A DNA stretch of 64,000 nucleotides, taken from positions 930,001 through 994,000 of the forward strand of contig NC_081333.1 of the NCBI RefSeq assembly GCF_022539665.2, written 5' to 3'. A program made the translations under genes and the position numbers. The notes under the pieces were generated by a model that saw nothing but the letters and a program-made list of their open reading frames with translations, was not told the DNA's origin and made no database searches. The first letter of the stretch is position 1. The number at the start of each line of letters is the position of its first letter. Origin of the DNA: Daphnia carinata. Its lineage: Eukaryota. Below are positions 23,563 to 35,316 of the stretch, piece after piece.

Positions 23563-26500
23563 TATTACACGATTTCCAATTGGTTAACAAATAGTTTCGT
23601 AAGCGTCAAAAAATATCGTAGACAATTTCATCAGGATCTTTTCATTTTATCATACAATATCTTTGTGGTAAAGCACCGACAGCCAAGGTCATGGTTTCAA
23701 TATACTAACTGAGATGGAAAGTCAATGTTTTATGCAGAGTGTGCATCATTGAAAAACAATTTTCCTCTTCATACACTAGAAGCATTAATTAAGGTTCAAC
23801 TACTATTATATATTTTTTGACAATTGTTACAAATTTCCTTCTAGTGATAAAGGTATGCTGTTAGCGATGTTCAGTCAAGAATGGCACAAGAATATATTTT
23901 GCTAACTGTTTGCCATACAGTTGCTAATACCTCATTATGCATCCTACTCACACTCTTCGTTGGTTCTCACAAATCTCACATTTGGGTTGTTTTACTCACA
24001 TTCCTTAGAAATAACTCTTTTTAATAACACATATGATTGGTACTTATGGAGTGTTACAATACTATTTACTTGTCATGCATTCTTCCTTTTGAAGGCTTTC
24101 GGGATCAATTACGGCTGCACAACTTCTGAATTACAATAGGTTGGATTTCATATATGTTGACAACCTCAATACTGAAATTTATCCTATAGATCACAGATGT
24201 ATTAATCAGCTAAAAAGGATATAAATTTTTTAATCTCGTGCTATAAAATATTGTGATATAAATACGTTCCTCGTCTAAACTTACATAATACATAAGATAG
24301 TAGAAAGATTGGGTAAAACTTATGTTCTCCTGATAGTCAGTTTCACAATACTGTTCTTTAACCATCAAATGTTTGTTTTTTATATCTTTGAGCATAACAT
24401 AAGGGGGTTCTCTAAAAGTCCGCAACGAACGCCACGAGTAATGCTACCCATATCTGCATTGTATTATGGCAATCCGTTTTGCTCACCGAATATGTCTGCC
24501 GCAGCGCGCTAGCATTGCGTCAAATACTCGTTGTATTTCAAAAACGATTAACTTCATAACAAAAATAGAAATTTTCCCGGAATCAGCATTCAATTTTGAG
24601 TATATCCTGAGATATTCAACCAATTCCGGTGAGTGTCAGATTTTTCAGAAAAAATTTTTAAGCCCGACCGAGAAAAGTCGGGTTTATTTAGTCGGGCTTA
24701 AATTTTTTTTTTCGGTCAGTGTATGTAGAGAATTAACTAGAAATGTGACCGGTAGATGGCGATAGCAGTAAAACAGAAAAAAGGCCAATAATTTATTTCA
24801 ACAGAACTACAATATTTAAATGCTCAAAATGGTAAATCCTTTAATTGCACCAGTTAGCGTGAGCAGGTCATCCCATTTTAATTGATCAACAACTTCGGAC
24901 AACGTAATGCGATTCCAGAGTGTGAAAAATGTTTCTCCCCATCCATATGACAGTGGGGCAGTATAAGCAAAGAAGAATGGGATTAACTATTCGCATCATC
25001 ATTGCAAAAAAATTAGTACATTATTTAGTATTTTAAATGAGTTATAACCCTTGGATCTAGCAAGTTCATTCCCATTATCTCAAGCATTTGGTAGTGATTA
25101 GTTTTTCAACGAAAAAGTTTAAATCTGAAATCGCCATAATTAGATTTTGGACCTTAAAAATGCACGTCGACCTCTAATAGCCATTGCCCAACCAATATTT
25201 TAAAAACTTGCAGATGCTCTCAAACAAGATCGGCATTAATGTCCATTGCTAATTTTTATTATGACAATAAATTTTTTTTTAGCATCATCTTATCAACCAG
25301 AATTTCAGCTAATAGCTCATAGATTTTATCTTTACTTCTCCATCGCCATACAAAAACGTTGAAAGCATATTCGCATATAGCGATACGGTGTGACATTTAG
25401 TAATACTTATAGTTTTTGCGCTGACAACACGTAGAATACATTTCTGCAGCCGTGTAAATGAAACGAGAGTGTCACACAGTCCGAGCAGCGAAAGATTGAA
25501 ATGCCCAGTAATTAATTTTGTAGATAAAAGAGACAAGAGTAAAATATATAGTCTGCCGAAGAGGGCAGTTACGCGTTAAAGAGACCTGAAACTTGCTGAT
25601 AAAGATCGTGTGTAACCTGTTCAAACACGGTACATGGCGTTTTTTCTTTGTTTTTTTTTGCTGTACCTTGTTTGAAGTTCCCTCCTTTTTTAGAGGTTTT
25701 CCCACGGATCTTTCCCCCACATATATCCTTCTTTACATACTTTCCGATGAGACGCCTCGCTCGCTAATATTCACACACAGAGACACACAGAAAACCTTGT
25801 CGACAAGTTACGACGAAAATGTTTTGTGTCCATGGGAAAAAAAAAAAAATAAAATAAAACAACATTTTAAAAACTGATGCTCGACGTGTTTGCCTACGGT
25901 TGTCGTATCCGCAGGTAGCCGTGTTTTTGTTTTCAATCAACAGTTTGAATAGTTCAGTTTCCATTTCAAATAATTATTGGTTTTCACGCTTTGTTTGTTC
26001 TAGAAATAAATAATTCATTTCAGTTTACAATTGATAGACCAAAGGACGAGTTAAAAAAAAAAAAAAAAAGATGGCCGTTGCCAAAAGTGGAGAATGTTTC
26101 TCTAAGTGAGCTTTTTACATACGAAAATGCTTAGGTAATAAAGATTGTAGAATGTTTGGCTTAAGCTGAGAATGCCAATTTGTTTGCCGGATGTGATATA
26201 ATACGTTGCTGACCCTCAGTGCCCCACGGCCTCCTTTGAAGTGGTGTGTTTTTGTCCAGCTGAATTGATCCAACAACAGAGTGGCTCACTAATGTTACTC
26301 AGCCCTCTACTCTTTTTTTTTTTTTTTTTAACACTGGCCCAAGGTCTTGGTTCATTCCCAGCTTCTTTCCGTATGTTATTTTCTTTTCCCACCAGCAATC
26401 TGAGAAATATACATAACACCGCAAGGACAGATCTGAGAAACGAAAACTTCTCAGCGGCGGAATTCACACACTTGGCCTGGAATTTCTTCATGTCGCTATA

Positions 26501-29500
26501 TATATATGCAGCCCACAGTTGAGATGAAGATATTTCAAAAATCCTTCTATCTTATCCGCTTTAACCATCGCTTCTGAAAAATGTTGAAATTGTCGATGCG
26601 TCTCTCCGCGTATTGTTTCTCTCCGTTACATCGTCCATTTCTATTTAGTTTTGTATATTTATAGAAGATGTTGGCTGGCTGTCAAACCCTACGGCTCGAT
26701 GTCGTTCAGAATTTTCTTTTTCCGCTACATGTTCCCACATAATAAATATTTTTCTTCTTATCTCGCTTTGAAAAAATAAAAATAAAATGTTTTGGAATGT
26801 ACAGCTTTTGTGCCCATACCGTCTGGCATTTAAGATATCCTTCCCTATATCACATACTTACGGTGGGGCATTCCTCTTCTTAAGACGATGCTTACACATT
26901 AACTTCATTTAGTTTTTTGTGTGTGTGTTCGACAAATCTATCCACAAAATTTTGAATATTCAGATATTTTTTTTAAAAATAATTTAAGGCATCCCGGAGG
27001 GGGGTTTCTACACGGAAACCCTCATACTTGGGTGATTGCATGTAAAATATCCATGACGTGTATACCAGCGGCAACGTATATACCATAACCAGTTTTTTGG
27101 CTAAAAAGGCCGCAATGTAAATTTAAATAATTACGGTAAGAATATCCACATTTTAAACTGCCAGTTAAATACCGGAATGTATTTTTTTTAATTCAAGCGG
27201 ATGACCCGCTTTTTAATCCGACACTCGAGAAAGAAAGTGTTGAACATTTGGCTCTTTGAGCTATACAGATATATAAATGCGGTGGATTGTAGATCCGTAC
27301 GATGAAAAAAAAAAAAAAAGGACTCAAAAAAAAAAAAGGGCGACGACAGGCGGTGTGGAATTCTTTCCGTTAGCCGCACATTCATTTTGGAAGAAGAGAT
27401 AATCTTTTGTATATATAAAAGAGACGACAAAGAAGGAAATCGTCAAAGATACTTTTACTCCGGATGCGATTGTGTGTTAAAAGACGGGCCTTTTTCTTTG
27501 TGTGTGTAAAAGAACTTGTTGGAGGGATTTTCTTGAGGAGGCTTATATGCCTCCGATAACAAGACATACACACACAAAAAGAATTTCTTATTTTCCAGCG
27601 TGACTAACGGGCAACGACTGCCGGCTATTGTATGATCCATCAGCGACATACTTACAATCGACTAAACATCCTTTTCTCGAGAAAAAAGAAAGTGCTATGA
27701 TATTTCGATAAAGACCTTAAATGTTATGGTCGTAGTTTTTCTTTTTGCTTGGCCTCGAGTACGCGAAAAAATTCTATATATTTTAAATGAATAAAAAAAA
27801 TGTTGAAAGAATAGGCACGTTTTTTTAGACTGCGAAGTGCTCGTCATTATCTTCAGCTGGGAGTAATAAAAGAAAGATGTTGTGTCCTGAAATATACGTA
27901 AGGAAAAGCTATAAATAATGTTGGAAAATGGCGTATATAGTCTCATCGATGAGAACGAGAACAAAATTTCTCCCATCCCTCCCCCCGCCAGGAAATATAT
28001 ACATACCTAACAAAGTCTGAAAGCTGGACGTCAGTAATACATGTACCAGTCGTCATCAATTGGAAGATTACCGAGAGAAAAGAAACGAGCGCTTGGAAAT
28101 CTCACGGTAATGGCATCTCAAATTTCACATGGTTATGTATCCCAAGTGTGTGTGTATTTCCCGCAAAGTTACAGCATATCTCTCTCTCTCTCTTTCTCGG
28201 TAAATCTACAGACACTCTCACGACGTATTATTCGGGACCTTAAAAGAAGAGAAAAAAAAAAGAAGGCAGCAAAGATCCCACACTTTTACACAGCTATCAA
28301 CCATCTATACGTACATGTGTGTGTGCGCATGGGATTCTCTCGTTCGGACAGTTGATTATACAATCTTGCATGCACAGTAACTTCTCACTCGTATTCCTTG
28401 CATCGACCATTAGAAGTGAAACCTTTTTTTTTTTGGGGATTTTTTCCCGTGGAACTTTTCCTGCCCGATGCGATGGCTGAACATTTTCATTTAATATGTA
28501 CTGAATTCCAACGCCTGGGTCTATTAAGTTTTATGTGTTTTTCTTTTTTTCATCTGTCAATAATGACATTCTTTTTTTTTTATTTTACGATTACACTGAA
28601 ATAGCTTTTATTTTTGTTATCTTCCTAAATTATAGTAGCACAATATGAGCGTCGTTAACTTTGAATCGTTTTCGAAAGCGCGGACGTTTTTCTTTTTTGT
28701 GTGTCTTTATTAGATTGACTCTCACACGCTGTTCTTTTCTGACTTGATGGAATCTTTACACTTGTAACGTGGGCTTAGTAAATAGAACTGACCACCAAAA
28801 TAAATGCAATGTATTTATTTCTCTTCATTCCCGGATATCTTAATTTATTTTTGTTTTCTACAGTTTAAATTCTTATTTTCTTGATTGTAAAATTAAAATT
28901 GTTTATCACAAAATATTTGAAGGAAGAGGTTTCCCATCATTGAAAATCTGTGTTATTTACTCAAAGGATAAAATGTCAGAGTAAGTTAAAAAAAAAAAAA
29001 TAAATAATGCGGGGGATATTTAAAAAAAAAAAAAAAAAAAAAAATTCTCGAATAAAGAGCCATTCCCAACATAGTTTTCAGACGAGCCGTTTTTTGAATA
29101 GTTGAACACGTTTGAAAGCTCACCGCACGTTAAAAATCGAAACATTCATGGCTGATTGTCTATCAAACATAGTTCAGATAAACAAATTGCAAATTGCGTT
29201 TGTGAATAACATGACCTATTTTTAATTTTTTAAAAAATAAAATCACCAGTTCCACTCAAATTTGTTTTATCGGTCCTTCTAAAAAATAAAAGAAGAAGAC
29301 CCGCCGTGGGAAAAGACGATTGCAACGACAAGTCAAGAAAGAAAAAAAAACCGTTTGAGGAAAAAAAAAAAATGCATCCCATAAAAGTCGGCGGGACCGA
29401 TGACAGCTTATGACAGCCCTCAGGTATATAAATATATTCTTATGGTGGTATATTGTATAGCCCCCCTGAAAAAAAAAAATGGGATTGGGTTGACGGATGA

Positions 29501-32500
29501 TTGAGGTAGAGGAGGGGGGGGGGACACCTTTAAAATTTGAACCTTTGAAACAGTCGCACTAAAACTCTTGATATACGCAAACGCAAGTTGTCGGTGCCGC
29601 TCACCGTATGCTTCTTATTAATGTTTATGACTTCTCAGATTGATTTCCGCATATTTCGCGGGCAATCGCGCGCAGAACACGTTTGTACCAGGTAACCTCG
29701 CGGGGCCGGTTCTCTTTTCTTTTTTTATCACACACACAGACACACAAAATTACAAACAAAACAACAAGCTTGTTCGCATAGGCAATTAAAAAGATTCAAT
29801 TCGATTTTATTAAGGAGTATAAAAAAACAAAAAAAAAAAATACAGTTGCATTAGGTCGTTGCTTATGCACATGCACACACCTGAACCGGTATACAGTAAC
29901 TGTGCGATTGATCGCAAATTCGAGGAACCCATCAATCAACTCTCAAAATGAAAACTGCTTCAGAAAGTAGATTACGAATAAGAAGCAATTTGCGATGGCC
30001 TTGTATCATCAATGACAACAGAGGATAGAGAAATGGGTGAGAGATTTTTGGTTGTTGTTTTCCTTCTTCAAAAAGTTTGGTGAGAACAGCCAAACATTTC
30101 CCGAGCGGAGGCGACAAACAAACGAAGCTGACGACAAAAGCTCACCCTCCCCAAAAGAAGAAAAAAAAAAGATCTGAAAATATTCACACGGACACGGCTT
30201 ATAACAGCGCCTTGCGTCGTTTCCCATGAATCGGTGTGGAGCGCGGCGAGAAAAATAGACTTGCTCTCGCACGTTACTCGTCTACCTGATGAGAATATTG
30301 GACTAATGGCATTTTCGACCTGCTCTCCTTTTTCAAGTCTATTGTTTCATCTACAATGAGCCTTTTATTTTTGTCTTTTAATGATTTTTTTTTTGTGTGT
30401 GTGTGATCGAATGCCTCTTTCGTTTTTAAGTAAATCGTTTGTGTATAGACACAAGTATTATGTAAGATTACTAATTGCAGTCATTGGGTTAATGAGTGCC
30501 TTTTTTTTTTTTTGCTGTGATGCATCATTGTCGAAGAAACGAGGCGTTTAGTCGGAGAAATGAAAGAGATCGGGTCGTGACCCGAAACGTGTTGTTCGTG
30601 ATCATTTACGAAAGAAAGAGCCACTTGTAATCATCTTGTCAATACGTGATAATTTGTTACGGCCTGGCCACGTTTGATGGATTTCATATACAAATCCCAT
30701 CCATTGACTCGTATGGGTAACCTACAATGAATCATTCCCCGCCTATACGTCAACGGATATAATAACCCCATGTTGAACATGATGGCCGAGTTGCGAGCAA
30801 GGAGAGAGACCCATCATTAAAAAACAAAATCTGTTTTTTTTTTCTTTCGATTGTTAAAGATTTTTAATTCAACAAGAGAAAAGGTGTGTGAGTATTAGTT
30901 TCATTCGGTCAGCGAATTGAAGGGTTTTGAATCTTTTCGCGACCGTAATGAACTGGTTGTTACACTCATCAGTCAATCAGCAAATGCCAACTGTCTGCCA
31001 CAATACGCCCTTCACGCAAACTGCGATAACCGGATTCTTGTTATTGCAATGGAAACCTCCATTAGTTTTTAAGTTAGTAGCATGGCCAAGGAGTTGGTCA
31101 TTAAAATTAAAGCTATTTCATTCCTTATCGTGAAAGCATCATCAGCAATGTGCAACACGTTTATTCATTGTCATTTACACGGTGGCCTGTTCTTCTGGTT
31201 TCGTTACAATGTTTGCGCCCTCCTGGTGTTGCAACATTTATCAGCGTGAAATGTTAGAAGAACAAAAAAAAACAAAACAACCATACCCCTAATCTTTACG
31301 TAGGATCGGTGCCCTTTTAATTATTCATTTCACGTACAGGGTTGAAGATAAACAACCAAAACTATTGAGATTGCCATCGATACGTTTTTAATTGGAATTC
31401 GAGTTTCACCGTTGCTTAAATGCAGAAATAATTAATGCGCACAATACGCGGAATTGCTTGAAACAATGTCGACACTAGTTGTCCTCGTTCGTTGCGTAGG
31501 TGTCATAAAAAAGAAGACACAGTCGCAAACCAAAGTAACATTTATGTCGCATACGGTAACCGCTAGTTCTTCCTTATTGTTGCGCTTCTCTAGTTTCTGC
31601 GGCTATCGCTATAAACCAGTCAAACACAAAAAGGTGTTTTGTGATAGAGCACTCGCCTCCGTCGGTGTTCCCACCCGATTCGATACGTCACACAGTACGG
31701 GACTGTCTTTTTTTTTTTTTTTTTTTCTCAACAAAATTAGATTTCTCCGGTTCTCCTATAACTTTGGAAAAGGCGCTATGCGAACTTGTTTGTTTTTTTC
31801 CCGCGAAAAGAAAAATTTCCTACGAGCTGCTGCGAATTTTTCTCGCTCAAAAAAAAAAGGATATTCTCACGATGTTACGTTCTCATTCCGTCAGCGATGC
31901 TCATTTTCTAAGGATCTGCCATTTAGAATGAAGCAATTTCAATATTCATTATTCCTTATATACACGGCCCTTGTTATTGTCTAGCGTCAATTCTCACAGG
32001 TAAAAAAAAAAAAGAAAACAAAAGAAATGCGTTCTGAAGACGAGACATCAAGGTAGAACCGAACGTCCGTGTGAATAGTCGAAATGAAGTCGGAAACAAA
32101 AAAGAGTGAGAAATAGCGCGTCGAAAAATGGGATAACAAAAAAAAAAAAAAAAAAAGGAAAAACCACATACTTTTATCGGTAGGCCTGTTGGATGTATCT
32201 TATTCCCACACTAACCGGCGAAAACATATCCCCAGATAACCTATATACTATGTATACGCTTTGACTCTTCGAAAGGAGGGCTCGAAACATGGGAAGAGAG
32301 AGGAAAAGTTTGTTTCATTGTTCGACCATCGATAACTTTTTTTTTTTTCGATACTCGTCGAACTATCCGTCTATAACAGAAATTCCAAATAATAATAATA
32401 ATAAAAAAAAAAGCCTCTGACAAACAATATTCTTTCCCTCCTTGAAAAATCTATATAGGTTTTTATACTTTTGTGTGTTACACATATCTATGGAGCAAAC

Positions 32501-33496
32501 AAAAGGAAACTATTCGGTGGGAAATATGATCAAACAATTTCGATTTTTTTTTTTTTCAATCAAAAAATTATTTTAGAAAATAAAATGTCGACTATTGAAA
32601 TGCAAGATCCGGTCACACGACGGTAGCATCCGTGTATGGTCAAACATAGCTTTTCTTTGGTTACGGTTGGAGCAATAAACGTTGCCGATACATGCGAGAT
32701 GTGGTGTCAAATCTTATCTCTATAGATGTAGCGAGTTATCGTGAAAAAAACAAAACAAAAAAACAACAAACAAAATCTTTCGATCGGTGCATTTTTTTAG
32801 CAAATGGTTTGTTTCGTATTTCGTCCGTTTTTATTCTTTAAAAAAGAAAGCCGATGCTTTGTGAAAAGCTGATGAATTCACAGTTTCTTTTTATATTTGG
32901 CCATGGAACCAAGAAGAATAAAGAGGGAAAAAAAATAAATCCTCTGCGCACAAGGTAATTATCTCTCCTCCCCGAGTGTAAATCGCTCATTATGCAGGTA
33001 TATTTAAACGGTTGGGGTTCGGTTGATGGGAAAGAAGAAGAAGAAAAAAAAAAAACATTCTGTTGTTGTTCTCGGGTACTTTTTTTTTTTCTTCAGCCTT
33101 GTTAGTTAGTAAGCGCGGGATCAAGTAGTAACTGGCTGGACCTTAAAAAAAAAAAGGAGGAGGGATTTCTAATGGTGAATAGAGAAAAAAAAAAGAAATT
33201 GTAGTCACCTTAATGAGCCGAGAGAGCCCCGCACCTTTTCTATTTGCCGCTCTCTTCGTCCGACCGTTGATGCTGGGGTTTTTAAGGGACAAGGTACAGA
33301 AAAAAAAAAAAAAACACAAGAGTGTGCTGGTCAACTTCTTCTTTTGGTCTTTGATAATTGGACCCGCCGCTTTGGCCCGCCGGAAGGCTGGCAAAAAAAA
33401 AAAAAAGAGATGATAGTAAGAATGACAAAGATGGTCAAAGATTTTCGGCTGATTGAATCCCCTCCTTCTTCTCCTCCTCGTCCTCTTTTATTTCTA

Positions 33497-33500
<4 letters not shown>

Positions 33501-33556
<56 letters not shown>
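33501..33556. repeat. (GA)28 microsatellite
   Basis: Pure GA tract ~0.9 kb upstream of the NRARP-like ATG. Confidence 0.98.
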
Positions 33557-33558
<2 letters not shown>

Positions 33559-34490
33559 CTGGTTTGTTCAGTGCGGCACCATAACGAATTTCGGAAGAAA
33601 AAAGAGCGGTTGAAACCCAAAACGAAAACTGGCCATTTCGACCCGTTTTGTGAGAGTCCCGGACAAAAAACGAAAAAAAAAAAAACATAAAAAGGATGGG
33701 GATGAGATTTGTGGAGAAAAAAAACTACAAATGTTTCCCACGACGGCTGCTTACTTTTCTTCTGCAACCTGAGGATTTTTCAGTAAAGTTTTTTTTTTTT
33801 TGGTCGTTGGGGAAAAAAATTCATCTCTCACTTTAAATCATGTGATTTGAGTGACACATTGTACAAGAGGATTCAAATGCAATAAATAAACAAGAGGTTG
33901 TACCGTCCTGAACGGAAATGGGCAGACGTTTGGCGATTTGGTTCGGCTTTTAAAATTACGTAATTAAATCAACATCATAACGGCTACCAATTAAAGCCGA
34001 GTGTTATGTAATAATGAAATAATAGATATCAAAGTTTTTCGAAACCTGCTTGCACGTAATACAGATAATGGGTACCGTAAGAATCTTGTTTTCCCATAAG
34101 GAGTTTCCCGTTTGTTTTCTTTTGAATATTACTTATGCTAGTCGAATAAACTACCGCTAGATGGCTCTGCGATAAGCTTCCACCATTTTTGGCCACACCC
34201 CGCGTGGTCTGCCAAGCTGAAAAAGCCGGTGCATTCTTAGCGAGTAGCAGCAGTGCAGTAGATTTGTCGTCGGGTGGTGGACGTACAATCGAAGTTTCTC
34301 CCTATGTCCCCCGCATATCTCAACAACACTTTGTTCAGTGTCTGTGAAACGGCAATTCCAAAAAAGAACAAACTTTTTCAACAACAACAAAATTCAGAAT
34401 AGTGGATTATGTTCAGTGGTGATTGCAACAAGTGAAATACACCTCATCAAAGATTGTCCATCGCCATTTTCGAAAAGCAAAAACACAAAA

Positions 34491-35316
34491 ATGGATCACC
34501 GTCATTATTCACCTGCCGGATTATCCGAGTCGGAATTAGACGAGAGCTCGTCTACGGCCAGCTCACCGATGAGCATTTCGAGTGCGGAAGCCAGTTCGCC
34601 GTACGACAGCAGCCGATTGAACGGCGGCGACGAAGATCCAACGGATAGTTCGTTCTCGACGTCGGTCCATTCACCGAGCATCATCAGCTCATCGCCTCCT
34701 AGTCCGTCCGAAAGCCTCTGCAACAATAATTACGCGAACCAGTGGTCTAACCCGTATTGCAACGCAACGAAAAGTGTCCGGTGGTTCCGTGACGATCGTG
34801 GCCTTTGGAGCGAACGATCATCGTCCAATCGACGAAACACGAACAGTCCCTACAATCGGAATACGTTGTCCAGTGCTGCCACGACCCGACTCAACAACGC
34901 CAGCAGTCATAAAGAAATGAGCGAAGTGCTGATCGAAGCCGTTCAACGCGAAGATCAGGTGCAGCTGCGCCATTTGCTCGCCAAGAGCGCCACCCACGTC
35001 AACATTTTAGGACAGGAAGGCGATTCGGCACTGCATCGATCATGTCGGCAAGGAAACTTGGACACAGTCAAATTACTCGTAAGTTTTTTTTTTTTTTTTT
35101 TTTTTCTATTGATTCATTCGTGAGAAATTTTTTATTTGTTGTTATAAATAGAGATTCTAACGGCTTGTTTTTTTTTTTTGCTTTGTTAATGAAAAGGTAC
35201 GTTATGGAGCTGATCCGGAATTAGCCAACCGCGAGGGATGGAGTCCACTGCACTTGGCCGCACACAGCGGCTACCACGATGTTGCCCTTTATCTTTTGTC
35301 TCTTACCCGGCGGTAA
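34491..35316 (+). CDS. NRARP: NRARP-like (Notch-regulated ankyrin repeat) protein with a Ser-rich N-terminal extension; exons 34491-35078 and 35197-35316
   Basis: EAVQRED..VNILGQEGDSALHRSCRQGNLDTVKLL|VRYGADPELANREGWSPLHLAAHSGYHDVALYLL aligns by eye with NRARP (VNSFGPEGQTALH..GNLELVKLLVKFGADIRLANRDGWSALHIAA). Confidence 0.85.

Larger units (their letters stand above)
20987..24790. mobile_element. Degenerate ~3.8-kb transposon-like element related to the 4.4-7.9 kb region
   Basis: Inverted end segments TATCGGCCTTTTTTTGCTGTTTCACTGCTATCGCCACCTACCGGTC (21031-21076) and GACCGGTAGATGGCGATAGCAGTAAAACAGAAAAAAGGCCAATA (24747-24790). It encloses module copy 3, tRNA-like cassettes and an OTU-like relic. 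Confidence 0.65.
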
